Positions 23,055 to 36,000 of a stretch of 64,000 nt of DNA are shown in pieces. Origin of the DNA: Cyanidioschyzon merolae (Eukaryota); assembly GCA_000091205.1 (NCBI GenBank), contig AP006499.2. One strand, written 5' to 3'. The notes beneath the pieces are model-generated. The model saw only the letters and a list, made by a program, of their open reading frames with translations. It was not told the DNA's origin and did no database searches. Positions within the stretch are counted from its first letter, which is position 1. The number at the start of each line of letters is the position of its first letter. The translations under genes were made by a program, and so were the position numbers.

Positions 23055-24505
23055 CTGCACGCTTTCTGGAGCGAAAAGTTTCGCGACCATAGAATGTACA
23101 CAAATAAACCTACTCACAGAAGACACCCAGCCTTTTTTGACGGACTGCATGCTATCGGCTTCAGCAACCCCTTGCACAGTTTGAGCCTTAGCGGTTGCGC
23201 GACAAAGTTCGCTCGCGTCACCTCCTCGTGTCTTGTCTTCAGCACTGCACATCTTTTGGTATTGATGGCGACGTTACCGTCTCGGTTCACGAAATCCTTG
23301 CGTTTATTGCCTCTGCTTGAACTCAGCATTGCAGGGATTGCTAGAGGTCCTGCCTTCTATGAAATCAAAGTCTCGTTATCGTCTCGTTGAGCAAACACAT
23401 TTTCTCGCCTTTTTCCGTTCTTCTTCTTTATCACTCGCTCTTCTTCGGTTGGTGGTCGGCGTGAAGAGGATCTTTTTTTTCGTTCCTTTTTTGTGGAACC
23501 CGGCGACACCGGGCCTCCAGGATCCTTGACGTCCGTGACCATACCTATTCCTCGGATTTTTTTTATTTGAAAATGAACGCACTTCTTTATGCCCTTAGAT
23601 GAGGGCCTTCCTGGAGCGAGCAGGATTTGCGGAACAAAAACTACTTGTGCCCCGGTGTGTCACCGTGCAGAACGCTCCAGGGACTCGCCCAGTGGAGCGA
23701 TCATTATGTTAAAGGATACAAAACACTCCTTCGATGAGGTTGAAACACGTAGAGCACGGAGGAATGAAAAGCAGCGCTATCTGGATAGAATCTGCAAAAA
23801 CTCGAACGCATCGGAAATGGTGCAATGCCACGTTTTCCAGTAGAGGGAAGTCGGCGGACGTCAGGGAAAAGTCTTCAATGATTCGAATTTGCGGGTGCTG
23901 TTGTATGAGTCTCCTGTACGAGCGAAACTGAGGCCGTCAAATGGATCAACTGCAGCTAGAATAGACGATGATGTCCTCGTTCTCCTCGAGATCGATCGCA
24001 CATACAACGAGCCCCCTCTTTTTGAATACCCATATACGCTTCGGCCGTTTCGTCCAAAGCAAGTCTCATTTACCGGCGAAACAAACCGCCATTCCCGTGC
24101 TTCATACCGATCGCGACGTTTCAGGGATGCTGTCGTAGCGATTTCGATGGACGATGGTCGTGCATGAGCTAGGACTCTTTTTTTGCGACTGTATCCCAGT
24201 GTTTTCAGTACCACATGAACAAGTTTTTGAGAAACAGATACACTCTTGGCGGCTACTATCGTCGCTTTTGCCTCCCGCAGGGTGATCAACGGGTCGTATT
24301 TCCACCATGGACCGCAAAGAGTCTTTAAGAATATGGCTCTTGGCGCGGAGCGCGTATCCTGTGATCTTTCAGTGATCCTCAACTATCTGAGAACTGCCGT
24401 ATGACTGACCTAAAAGAAAAATACGGTCCCCCGTGCACAATGAAGTAAGGAATATATATCCTCCAGGCAGTTTGCCTTCGAATTATACGGTACGATGTAA
24501 CTTGA
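23055..24505 (-). mobile_element. Short TnpB/Fanzor2-like element copy S2 (degraded), with a K/R/E-rich insertion module
   Basis: The 5' region (minus) matches S4. The interior has ILAAVDPFDGLSF (RuvC-I-like). The C-terminus is KRKDFVNRDGNVAINTKRCAVLKTRHEEVTRANFVAQPLRLKLCKGLLKPIACSPSKKAGCLL, and the conserved 3' core CTGAAGCCGATAGCATGCAGTCCGTCAAAAAAGGCTGGGTGTCTTCTG is the reverse complement of 23117-23166. An extra module (23376-23582, MRSFSNKKNPRNRYGHGRQGSW...RASDKEEERKK) is shared with S5. Confidence 0.6.
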
Positions 24506-24935
24506 TATCGATCTGCCGCTCGTACTGCGAAAAAGCATTCGATGACACGCATCAGCGGTGGAACAGAATTGACCTGAAAGTCCGCAGAAATCGAACAATC
24601 TTTCAAGGTTTTGTCCATGATTCTAAAATGTGATATATTGGTCCATAACGCATTGCACGCCAAGCGATCGCGAGCGCCGCTCCCCATGTAACGAGCACCG
24701 ACGCGCGTCTGACGCCGAGCCCGGGCCAAAACTCGAACCGGTGCTGCGCAGCGACGGCCGCGACACGATGTGGCGAATGCCGGCGTATTCGTCGACACTT
24801 TGTAGACGCTCTAGCGCAGGCTTTACGTAACGAACTTTTTCTGATCGAAAACCAAAACTCAGTTTGATCGTACCTTGTGCACGCGTGGACAGTAAAAACT
24901 TGTATTGGGACCGATAATTGTCATAGGACGCGACC

Positions 24936-26447
24936 ATGGCAGTTTGTTTCGTTCTTCCGCACAATGGACTCGCGGCAGTAGCCGGGAGGCGAGCGCAGAG
25001 TGGCTGGAAACCCAGCGGTGCCCTCTTCCGCGAAACGAGAATGGTTATTAGCGCCAAGCCTGATTCAAAGAAAAATACTGGTGGTCGCGTATGGCGACCT
25101 TCTTCTTGGCGGGAAATGCCTGTCAAACAGGTACCGACGTACCCAGACGAGGCGAGGCTGCAGGATGTTGAGGCGAGGCTGCACAAGGCGCTGCCCCTGG
25201 TCTACACTGGTGAGTGTGAGCACCTGAAAAAGCTGATTGCAAAAGCCAGCCGCGGAGAAGCATTCGTTCTACAAGGAGGCGACTGTGCGGAGTCATTCGA
25301 GGAGTTCGAAAAGTACGGTGGCGACAACATACGGGATACTTTTCTCCTGCTCATTCAGATGAGCATCGTTCTCATGTACGCCCTCGGGTTGCCGGTGGTG
25401 AAAATCGGTCGCATGGCTGGGCAGTTTGCGAAACCACGCACATCGCCTATGGAGCGGGAAAAGAATAAGAAGCTTGAACTGCCCAGCTATCGTGGCGACA
25501 TGATCAACGGGCCCGAGTTCGAAGCACGAGCGCGCGTGCCCGATCCCGAACGGATGCTCCGAGCGTATCACCAGAGCACTGCGACGATCAACCTCGTGCG
25601 AGCGCTTGCGTATGGTGGTTTCGTGGATCTACATCGCATCCATGAAATCAACTTGGAATTCGTGAACGGCACACCGCAGGGAAAACGCTTTTTCGAATAC
25701 GCTGCTCGGATCACGGATGCTCTGCGCTTCATGTCGAGCTGCGGCATTCAAGCCAACTCCCCGATGATCAAACAGGCAGAGTTTTTCGTCTCACACGAGG
25801 CACTTCTGCTTCCATACGAAGAAGCGCTCGTACGCCAGGACAGAGAGACCGGCAAGTACTATGCAACTTCAGGCCATATGATCTGGTGCGGCGACCGAAC
25901 CAGACAGCCAGATGGTGGCCATGTCGAGTTCCTACGCGGCATCGCGAACCCGATTGGGATCAAATGCGGACCCTCTCTGACTGAGGCGGAGTTGATTGAG
26001 CTGCTGGACATTTTGAATCCGGACAATGAGCCAGGTCGCATTACGCTGATCTCACGTGTTGGTGCTGGACGAGTACGCGAACATCTGCCTCGTTTTATTG
26101 AATGCGTGCAGCGTGAGGGACGAATCGTTACCTGGTCATGTGATCCAATGCACGGAAATACGGTAACAACTGCATCCGGAGTGAAAACTCGGCGATTCGA
26201 CGACATTTTAAGCGAAGTCAAGGAATTTTTTGAAGTTCATCGTGAAATGGGCTCGATTCCGGGCGGTATTCATCTGGAAATGACCGGCCAGAATGTGACA
26301 GAATGCATCGGAGGTATGTATGAGCTCTCGGATGCGGATCTGGCCACTCGTTTTGAATCTCGATGCGATCCGAGACTGAATGCGAGCCAGAGCCTGGAAT
26401 TAGCTTTTCTGCTCTCGGAGTACATGTCGGGCAAGCGTACGGATTGA
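24936..26447 (+). CDS. aroA(II): Class II (plant-type) 3-deoxy-D-arabino-heptulosonate-7-phosphate (DAHP) synthase, 503 aa, with an N-terminal extension
   Basis: True ATG at 24936. PLVYTGECEHLKKLIAKASRGEAFVLQGGDCAESFEEF, KIGRMAGQFAKPRT and HMIWCGDRTRQPDGGHVEFLRGIANPIGIKCGPS match AroA class II over the full length. Confidence 0.85.
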   Translation: MAVCFVLPHNGLAAVAGRRAQSGWKPSGALFRETRMVISAKPDSKKNTGGRVWRPSSWREMPVKQVPTYPDEARLQDVEARLHKALPLVYTGECEHLKKLIAKASRGEAFVLQGGDCAESFEEFEKYGGDNIRDTFLLLIQMSIVLMYALGLPVVKIGRMAGQFAKPRTSPMEREKNKKLELPSYRGDMINGPEFEARARVPDPERMLRAYHQSTATINLVRALAYGGFVDLHRIHEINLEFVNGTPQGKRFFEYAARITDALRFMSSCGIQANSPMIKQAEFFVSHEALLLPYEEALVRQDRETGKYYATSGHMIWCGDRTRQPDGGHVEFLRGIANPIGIKCGPSLTEAELIELLDILNPDNEPGRITLISRVGAGRVREHLPRFIECVQREGRIVTWSCDPMHGNTVTTASGVKTRRFDDILSEVKEFFEVHREMGSIPGGIHLEMTGQNVTECIGGMYELSDADLATRFESRCDPRLNASQSLELAFLLSEYMSGKRTD

Positions 26448-26539
26448 GCACCCCGCGGAGTAAAGCTCCAGCGAGTATGATCGGCAGGTTCATCTACACC
26501 ATGCAAAAAAACCCGCGACCAGAGCGAGGCCTCGCTCCT

Positions 26540-27211
26540 CTACATGATCGAGCATAGGCTCCGGTCCGCGTTGAGTCTCGCCCATGCTCTGGATGTGTTT
26601 GGCGTGTCGTTTCGATGCGCAGCGGGCTTTTGAAGAACGGGGAGTTCCAGAAGTCTAGTGCCGTCTGGTCGCAAAATATCTCCGTAAATGACGTACTCGA
26701 TGGTATCCAGTTCCTCTTGAGAAAGCGACCGACTGAGGACGCGACTATGCGCACGCAGGAGTTTCTCTGTGACGCGGCTTTCCGGCTGATCGCTCTTCCA
26801 TCGATTTGCTGAAGTCTGCAGAACGTCGCAGTTGGTTGAGTCTGAGCGTCCACCTTTGCCCCAGGGTGCGCGGTGGTCATACTCGTAACAGAGCGGACCG
26901 TTGCAACCATGCAGTGCGCGGCATACCAAGTTCCCGACTCGATCGAAGCGCCAGCGCCTTGGGTGTCTACCCGGAACAACTTGAGCGTTCCTCCAGCAGA
27001 TGTTTCGCTCAGTATGCGAAAACAGGCGCCTTCCGTCGCGACGCGTATCCTCCAGGACGTCTTGCGCGACGGTTAGCAGCTTCCGACCCCAGACCGGCTG
27101 CTGCATCACCTTCCCAGCTGTGCACGCTGAAGCTTGACCAGTGCAAGCAGTAGCGTTGTTTCCTCCAGGGGCTCGTAGCGTCTTATCGAGATCCTTTACC
27201 GAGTTCAGCAA
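26540..27211 (-). CDS. Hypothetical ORF (223 aa), Cys/His-containing; may not be a real gene
   Basis: An ORF in a gene-sized gap between the DAHP synthase and Rab6 genes. NICWRNAQVVPGRHPRRWRFDRVGNLVCRALHGCNGPLCYEYDHRAPW. No family recognised. Confidence 0.2.
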   Translation of the reverse strand: MLNSVKDLDKTLRAPGGNNATACTGQASACTAGKVMQQPVWGRKLLTVAQDVLEDTRRDGRRLFSHTERNICWRNAQVVPGRHPRRWRFDRVGNLVCRALHGCNGPLCYEYDHRAPWGKGGRSDSTNCDVLQTSANRWKSDQPESRVTEKLLRAHSRVLSRSLSQEELDTIEYVIYGDILRPDGTRLLELPVLQKPAAHRNDTPNTSRAWARLNADRSLCSIM

Positions 27212-28570
27212 GAAACCTGGGCAGGCAGTGAACCTAGCAAGCCGGCTTCAAAGGTTTGTTGCACGTCGAAGCGCTCATGAAGAAACCGTTTATCGCCCAA
27301 CACCGTCTGCGCAAGCTGGAACCAAATGAAGCGTTCTAGGATGTTTTCAGGATGTCGTACTGCTAAACTGTCAGCGTTGCGTCCGCAATGCAGCGGTTTG
27401 TGCTGCGCTCTATGATCGATGAAACCTGTGCGAGACAAATATGCTTCCGAGCGACCATCAACGGTGCAGGTCATAGAGCCAATCCATACCTGACAGGTCG
27501 AGAAGAGCATCGATCGATCCTCTGGCAATGCTCCATAGCGAAGACATGTGAGCTAGACTGCGTGATGCGCGACACCCCGAGGATCCATTCGCCCCCGGTC
27601 TTGGAGCGCCCACATGTGAGGTCGAAGATAAAATCACGAGCGCCCAGGTTCTCTTCAGGTATCTCCGCTTTCTTCCGTTGTGTCTATCTCCGGGAGGGAG
27701 CTCCCGTAAACCCAGAAACAACGCGGTAATGAAGAATCCATCGCACAGGACTCGAATTGCTGCTCGAGTGTTGCAACATTCGAGGCACTCAACATCGGGG
27801 TCGTGCATCTGCTTGACATCGCGACGTTCGTGGTTGCGTGCCTTTGCCTATTCGGAAGCTCTAGCGCACGCATGTACGGTGTGCGTCAAGCCGTCACTCC
27901 CTCATACATGGGAAAGCCCTGCTCTCTCTGTGCTGCATCCGCAACTTCGCTATAGGCGCTGTTGCGGACGCTCACGATAGAGTCGGTGTGTGATGGAACG
28001 TACGAAATGACTTGTATCTCCGGGGGGAATAGCGAGTGCTGGAACTTGTAGGTGGGTAGAATTACGGGCGCTTTCCCGATCGCCACTATCAAGCTCAATC
28101 GGAGATTCCTGGTCGCTAGAAAAGTTCTCTCAACAAGCAACGTACAGCGTTCTGGTTCGATGTATGCGCAGCGCCGTGTTCACGTCAGGTTCTGGCGCAG
28201 AAGCGTCGTATGGCTGTTTCCACCGCCGTGGCGGATGCCTTGCTCCAAGCACCAGGTATACGGTCACATTATTGGTACTGACAGGGAAGATGCCTCTCTA
28301 GCGCCGATTCCAACTACGAGATGCTACGTACTGAACGACCTGTGCTGGCGTTTCAGCATACCCAGAGCGACGCCGCATCGGATGCTGCGGAACGTTCTTC
28401 AGTGACATCCTGCACGTGGGTGAAACTGGACGCCCTCTCGGGGACGCGCACTGCGCGCCATCTGCGACACACACCGCGTCCGTTCTGGGTCCGTAGCTGT
28501 GGTCAGTGGGGTTTGCTTGACGACCTGGCGCTTAAAGAGAGCGCAGCATAAATCCGGGTCTGTCTGCTGA

Positions 28571-29230
<660 letters not shown>

Positions 29231-30232
29231 CCTGTAAGGCGATCTTGGCGGTGCAGCACTGAAGGGTTTCAAGGCCCTCGGTTAAATGTCTCAAAGTTCC
29301 GCGTACTAGGCGCGGCGCACGGAAGGCGCGCAGTCGTGTTCGTACCCTAGACTGGTACAGGCTGTGAGAATCTCTTCTCTATCATGCATCCGTCGCAGTA
29401 CGTTCTTTAAGGAAATGCATTTCTATCAAAGGACCTCGGTGGTCCTGGTAAACGAGTAGGGCGATGGTTCCGGAAAAGGCTGAAGGGCGACGGTGCTGTG
29501 CCAGCGCCGACCGCCTTCTTCGTACTAGCGCCCGCTTCTGGCTCTGTAACGCTTGCCTTAGCACTAGCAGTCGCTGACGTCGTGCTCGCTGCACCATTTC
29601 CAGTGGATGCTCTGTCATGTGTTTGCACGCTCTGTGCGGAAGCCGTTTTTGGTGGTTTCTCCGCCGCACTTGACGAGGACCCCGCAGTGCTACCGGCATC
29701 CGTTGGTACCCGAGGCACTACTCCAGTCGTTTGTTTCCTCTCAAATGCTGGCAGCTGGCCGTTGCGAATACGACTGCGAGCTGAATCAGCTCCGGGCATT
29801 GGAAGGCGCTTCTTGCCAAGTTTGCCGCCTCGAGTCAATATCCAGCCGTCGCCGCCCCAGACTCGGTCTGCGCGAAGCACCAGCAACGGGCGGCTGTTCT
29901 GCGCAGAGATCGAGCTCCGCCAGCTAGTCTCGTGAAGTGCATGCGCGCAAAACCCGATGACACCTATTGAACCGAGTGTTCCAAAGGACTGCAACGCACT
30001 CAACGCAAAAGCTTGGCACTGCATGGAGAGGCTCAGACACCCTGAAGGAATTGATGAATAAAGATCAAGCGCAGCTAACTGTGGAGCCGTAGCGGCGGTC
30101 GGCGCTCTGCGGCACACGCGGCAGTGGGTAGTTTAAGAAAAACAACAAAGCGGACATTCTCTTGCGGTGTCCGTGTATAGGGTCTTTCATCTCAATTTCG
30201 TTCCGCCTCTGCTACGTTCTGTAGAAGAAGGT

Positions 30233-31620
30233 CGAAATTATTGTGTAATTAACCTTTTAGATCGTAGACGAATTGTCAGTAGGGTACGTATTCTTTACTA
30301 AACAGTCCACGGAGAACTGCATTCCTTCTTCATGTCAGACATTCCACATCACGCAGATGGTTGCGGAACACTGGAAGACAGGCATAGACGCGCTCTGCGT
30401 CAAGAACCGATATTCTCCACGTGTGCTTCCAATCAACGGTAGAACACGATCCTTTGATCACCTTTTCCGGAAGTACAAAGCGACGATAATAGATGCCACC
30501 AGCGCCTCTGTTTCTAAACAGCTTGTTCATGTGGTCCAGAATACACTAGGATACTGTCGCAAGAATGTCCTAGTTCAATCACCGTCATCTCCCATGGAAA
30601 TCCCAGTTACAGTGCTCCTTGAACATCGAGATCGGTATGAAGCACAGGGACGTGGGTTTTTTTCCTCAGTCAATGAGACTTGCTTCCGATGAAACAGTCG
30701 GAGAAGATACGGATATTTGCGGAGCGGGGCGCCCGTTCCATATACCATCGAATTCGAGACGAACGACGAAATCATCATCCGTTCTAGTTGTAGTGGATTC
30801 TATTTACGGCCTCAGTTTCGATCGTGGGGAAGGCTCATACAACAGCACCAACCATTTTGTCGAATCATTGACGATTTTTCTCTAACATCTGGCGACGTCC
30901 TTCTACTGAACAACGTGGCATTTCACCAGCCCCCTCGCGGTCGAGCGTTTCCCGATTCTATCGGGATAGAGCTCGTTTTCATTCTTCCGTACGCTCCGTG
31001 ATTCAACCGGAACGAAGCAATCTTTTGTATCCTGAAATGCAACGATTGCTCCACAGCGAGATTCGCTGAAGCGTCCAGCACATGGTAAAACTGGGCCACA
31101 TTATGTACCATTTGCGCAAGTGCTTTTTCTTCCGGGAAGGGCCCCACCAAAGGCCATAAAGAAGTGCACTCACTCTAAAAGAATTAAGGGATGAGCTGGG
31201 ATGCACACTTCAGATGCTCGAGATTGAGAAAAGACTGCAGAGCGCTTTGGCGACAGAAATGTACGAAGACATGATAGAGCACCAAATGGCACAGAGGGCC
31301 TAAGTGCGCAGATTCCTCGCATAGGTGAGTACAAGCGGAAGCAAGAAAGGCATGAAGTTCGTGACCCGAGATTATAACGCTGCTATCAATATCAGGAGAT
31401 TTGCGGTGCTGGCGACGAAATCCCGGAAGCTGACGCGAGCTTCCTTTAGAGGGTCAGCATCTCAGGCTCGAAGTATGCTGGGATAAATACTGAAACCGAT
31501 AGCAGGCAACCGGTTGAAAAAGCCTGGGAGGCGTCTTCTGGTGGATATGCATATACCCCCACATGGCGGTGCGAAATTTTTTATTTCACTGAGGGTATGT
31601 ATTTTGATGGACTTAAATAG
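30233..31620 (+). mobile_element. Short TnpB/Fanzor2-like element copy S3 (degraded), with an intact RuvC-III motif
   Basis: The 5' end CGAAATTATTGTGTAATTAACCTTTTAGATCGTAGACGAATTGTC matches S1. The interior has VLVVVDSIYGLSF. The C-terminus is LRDELGCTLQMLEIEKRLQS...KKGMKFVTRDYNAAINIRRFAVLATKSRKLTRASFRG. The 3' core at 31491-31552 is CTGAAACCGATAGCAGGCAACCGGTTGAAAAAGCCTGGGAGGCGTCTTCTGG. Confidence 0.65.
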
Positions 31621-31656
31621 AAGAAGCGGACACGATCGCAGTCGACGCGGGCGTGA

Positions 31657-32955
31657 ATGCTGCGAACCCCGTATTTCCATCCGCCCTTCTGCTGTGCTAA
31701 GCTGTGCTGCGGAAAGAACAAGGTCCCGTGTCAAATGAACACGGAGTCGCGTTGGCGGCGACAATTTGGAAGAGGTGCAATGCTTTCCTCGAATACTCTC
31801 GCCGGCTTTGTGAACGTATTCGGGCCGGTGGCGGGCCAAGCTGGAAGCACGCGTGCGGCGCTTCGAAGCGCAACGGTACGGCTCAGCAGGGTCTGCACGG
31901 ACGCGGTCTCACGGCGAAACCGGAAGCAAGCCACCTGTATGAGGCCGCGCTCGCGTGCGCGACTCTTTATGGGCACCGATACGAACCCAGATGGTGAAGA
32001 CAATGAAACTCGCTCTGGGTCACAAGGAGGTCAAAACTCCAGCGATGTCGAAAAGCACAAGGAGGCGTCTGCCTCATCTGGGCAGTCCGGGAGAAGCGAT
32101 ATGGGTACGCGGGATATTGAATTTAACCTTGGCCCCAAAGGCGAGTCCCTTACTGCGTCAGCTACCGAAAAACCAAATCCATTCTTGGAATATATCCGCT
32201 CCTTGTCTCCGCCAGAGACTTTGAAGCGTTTTGCCGAGTCGGCACCCAAAGAAGTTCAAGCTGCCATGAAACAAATGGTCGTCAACATGTTGGGCAACCT
32301 GCCGCCTTTCGCGTATGCAGTTACCATCACCACGCTGGGGCAGCGTCTAGCGGACCTGCTGTATTCTACAGCGATGACGGGCTACATGTTGCGCAATGCT
32401 GAGTACCGTCTCTCGCTGACGCGCTCGTTGGGATACTGGAGTCCCAACGATAATCAGAGTAACGAGCGGTTGCGGCAAGAGATCGAGCGCATAGCACCGG
32501 ATTCTGTCATTCGTCTGCGCAACTCGGATGGCACAACCACCGAGGTTCCCGCCGCGAAATTCCTCGGAGAGCTCTGTGAAGAAGTGCGCGCTCTGAAAAG
32601 CGAATTAGCCCAGTACGAAGCGGGAAGCAATCGGATTCTCTCCTACATTCGCTCTCTGAAACCCGAGAACCTGGAGCAGCTGACAAAAAGCGCAGGCACT
32701 GAAGCTGTAGATGCAATGAAAAGGACAGTGAAAACCTTGCTTGAGCAGTCGGGAGTTAAGGGCGAGCTTCCAGTCACCCTCCCGGCAGCTGAGCTGTCAT
32801 CGCTCCTCTTCTGGCTCATGGTTCTCGGATATGATATTCGAGAAAAAGAAGTGAAAATGGATTTTGAACGACAGTTTCATAGGGGTTATCTATCGAGTTC
32901 GAACGAACAGAAACCGGAGGACGAAGGAAGCGGCCCGGACGCGCCTCAGCCGTAA
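31657..32955 (+). CDS. DUF760-family protein (two DUF760 repeats), as found in plastid-bearing eukaryotes; the N-terminal start is uncertain
   Basis: PFLEYIRSLSPPETLKRFAESAPKEVQAAMKQMVVNMLGNLPPFAYAVTITTLGQRLADLLYSTAMTGYMLRNAEYRLSLTRSLG recurs as ILSYIRSLKPENLEQLTKSAGTEAVDAMKRTVKTLLEQ...LSSLLFWLMVLGYDIREKEVKMDFERQF. The ORF start abuts the S3 3' end, so the real ATG may be downstream (for example MNTESRW or MLSSNTLAGF). Confidence 0.6.
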   Translation: MLRTPYFHPPFCCAKLCCGKNKVPCQMNTESRWRRQFGRGAMLSSNTLAGFVNVFGPVAGQAGSTRAALRSATVRLSRVCTDAVSRRNRKQATCMRPRSRARLFMGTDTNPDGEDNETRSGSQGGQNSSDVEKHKEASASSGQSGRSDMGTRDIEFNLGPKGESLTASATEKPNPFLEYIRSLSPPETLKRFAESAPKEVQAAMKQMVVNMLGNLPPFAYAVTITTLGQRLADLLYSTAMTGYMLRNAEYRLSLTRSLGYWSPNDNQSNERLRQEIERIAPDSVIRLRNSDGTTTEVPAAKFLGELCEEVRALKSELAQYEAGSNRILSYIRSLKPENLEQLTKSAGTEAVDAMKRTVKTLLEQSGVKGELPVTLPAAELSSLLFWLMVLGYDIREKEVKMDFERQFHRGYLSSSNEQKPEDEGSGPDAPQP

Positions 32956-33067
32956 AAAAGCGAGGCAAGTCGATGGCTGACAAAATTTGTCGCTACTGTA
33001 TTTGGGCTGGGACGAGGAGGTCCTCGGAGCGCGCTGCATTGTCGCTACGACATCGTCTGAGCATTGC

Positions 33068-36000
33068 TTACAGTACCGGAATAGTTGACTGCTTCTGGGC
33101 AGCATCCCATTGGCGATAAAGTTGATGCCATCGACGCAAACGCCGTCGACGAGCTCGCTCGCTTGCGTGACGTTGGTGGCTGGCAGCGGCCTCCATGTGC
33201 GATGATTCCCCTGAGAAAGAATCTTGCTTACGTCGTAGCAACTCGTCACATGTTTCTCCAATATGGACCAAACGATTCGTGTTGAGAGACATTTTCGATT
33301 CGAGTCCGTTCGAAATCAGAACTTGAAGCATGAGCTGCCTTTTCCAGGTTTCGTAAAGCGATATTCGATCGGGATCCGATGACGTAGCGTGGCCAAGTCG
33401 GCGACACCAGGACGCAAAGGATCGCTCCAGCGGCACGTTCACAACAGAACGCTCGAAGGCGTAGAGTTTGCGGGCATCAACCGCCATCGGCAACATATCC
33501 AGCGTGTGTTGGTGCTGGTGTTGTCCTTGCCAAGCAAAGAATCCTAGATAGCTGGCCGCCGCTTCCGCAGCTGCAGCGGTATCGCGTCGACGTGGAATGC
33601 CCTCATCGCTTGTCAGCAGGGTTACAGTGAGGATTGCTGGAGTCGACGCCAGCGTGGCTCGATCCTCCTTGGGTTCGAGGTCACTGGCGCCTGACCCCAC
33701 TGGCCCCGGAGCGTCCTGCACCTGGAAGCGATAGAGATTCCCACCGCGCTCATCGCGTAGAATTTGTAGCGCTTTGATACAGTACGACACCTCTGCAATA
33801 CATAGAGCTTGCGCTTCCGCGTCGGTAACGCCATCACCATCAGGGACCAGACCGCGCACGAGATCCTGCTCTTGAGCAAAATACAAGGCAACGAGTCTCG
33901 ACTGAGCCGTGTTGTACGCTTGTTTCACTAACTTGAATAGCACCTTGTCTAAGGTAAAGAGCACGTACGATTCAGGCCCCAGTACGCGGCGGCAGTAGTC
34001 TTCATACTCTTGGCTATCGATGGCATTACTCAGGTACCTCCGGAGCATGTCCATATATTCTCTGTATATGTCCGAGGGGGCGCGCAGCGTCGCCTCCGCC
34101 CTCGCTTCACCTTCGGGATTGTAGAGGGAGTCGGAGATGGATTTGAGGTCCATGGCCGCCTCAGGCTGACGTTGCTCGTTCATTCGAGCTGATCGTTGCC
34201 TCTCGTACTGGGACTGCGCCATCTGTCGAGCGGCGGCCAGACGCTGGAATGCGATTTCGTAGAGCCGCATGAGAATATACAGGGACTCGTCGGCGAAAAG
34301 AACCGAGTCGTTCCGATAGCGCATCCTCTCGACTCTTGCATTGCGCTTCGGACCCGGCACAGAAGTCGACCCGGTTTCCGCCTTGATCGCTGGTGCCTCT
34401 CCGGGTCGCACACTGGGCACCTCCTCTGACAACGACAGAATGACTGGATCGAGGCCATTCCCGCCATCCCGTGTGTCCATCTCAGCACAGAAGTTTTCAT
34501 CAGGCGATGACTTTCGCGAGACGCTGTCGGAGGCCGCCGGCGAGTCCCCCGCTGAGCGCTCATCTGCAGCACGAGCCAGCTCATTCCGCAAAAGGCCACT
34601 CACATCCGCAAGCTCCGAATCCGTCTCTTCGCGAACGACGGGCGCAGTGCACTCGCCAGGAGTCTCGACTGCGCGAACACCAGGATCATGCAAATTGATG
34701 CCAAAGAATCTCCCGAAAAGCTCCGCATAGAACTGCAAGAGATGCGCACATTCCATCGGCCCGTACTCTAGATGAGACAAAAACGACACCAGTGCATATA
34801 GGTCCTGATGCGCCTTCTTCAGACGGAGGCGGAATCGCAAGCACGGAGGCTCTAGCGCCGACACCACCGCAAAGGGGTCGCGTTCAGGCGCCGCCGCTGA
34901 ATCGCCACACGCAGCGCTCAGTGATGCGTGCGCGCACTCGAACGTGCCCCCGTGGACGCACTGCAAAGCAACTTGCCGAGCGCGCCAACTGTTTTCGAAC
35001 TCACGGCTGAGCGCAGGGTGTCCGAAACCGCAGCCGAAAGCGACACAATCACAGGAGCCAGCCATGATATTCGCGGCAAAGACAGCGACCGTGATCGCTT
35101 CCATGAGCGTCCGGACCTCTGCGATGTCGTGGATGTCCTGGAGGAGGCCACGGACGCTGATTGTGCGCTTATCACTCTGTCTGAAATAAAAGCTTCGGTG
35201 ATCCAGGCTCTTGAAATAGTTGCGTTCACAGATTTCTCTCCAGAGTTTGTTCATTTCGACGCGAGCTCTTCGCCATTCCTCGTCCTTCTGTTTGAGGCGG
35301 TTCAGGACAATTGGAACTGCCACACTTGGTTGCATCTTCACATGCATGACCATTTCTGGGCCGTGTGCTCCATAGACTCGCTCTATGGCCCGGTAATGCA
35401 CTGCACTGAGGGCGTGCTCGGCGAGCATATGTTTTGCCTTTTCTTCGTCGCTCATATGGGCGATCACCATGGCCAGAGGTTCAAGCTTATGAATCGTTGC
35501 CGCATTCGTCTCGATGACCATATCCAGCTCGTAGCGATCGTCTTCACATCGAAAGAGATTGTCTTCAAACTGATTGCGACGCATGTGCTTGAACGAGCCC
35601 TCCTCGCTCCCGGTCGGCACTGACACCCAGATATCGTTCAGTACCTGTTTCTCAAGCTCACCGCGACCACTACATGGCATGGATTGAAATTCGGAAGGTA
35701 TGCGTTTGTAGCTGGTGTCACAACGTTCCCGGGACTCTGCTGCCGCCTCGCTGAGCGACTTGTAGCGCCAGAGCCCGTCAACCGGGGGGGCGGTCGCCGA
35801 CGGTGGAGCACGGCCCTCTAGAATCGCCAGCGCTGCCTCGACGCCCGACATTGCACTTTCTGCATCGGTTGGATGCTTGGACCTGCGTGCTGGGGCACAA
35901 GCATCCAAGAACGTGCGGAAGGCCTCGCTTAAAATATGCCTGTGTCCGAAAAGTTCATCAGCAAGGCTCATCAGCTCTGTTCTGCCGATAATCTCCTGGT

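Noticed and set aside
29407-30117. 236-aa minus-strand ORF downstream of Rab6
   Set aside because: It is a Ser/Ala/Thr-rich low-complexity translation with no motif. It is left unannotated, although it could be a disordered protein.
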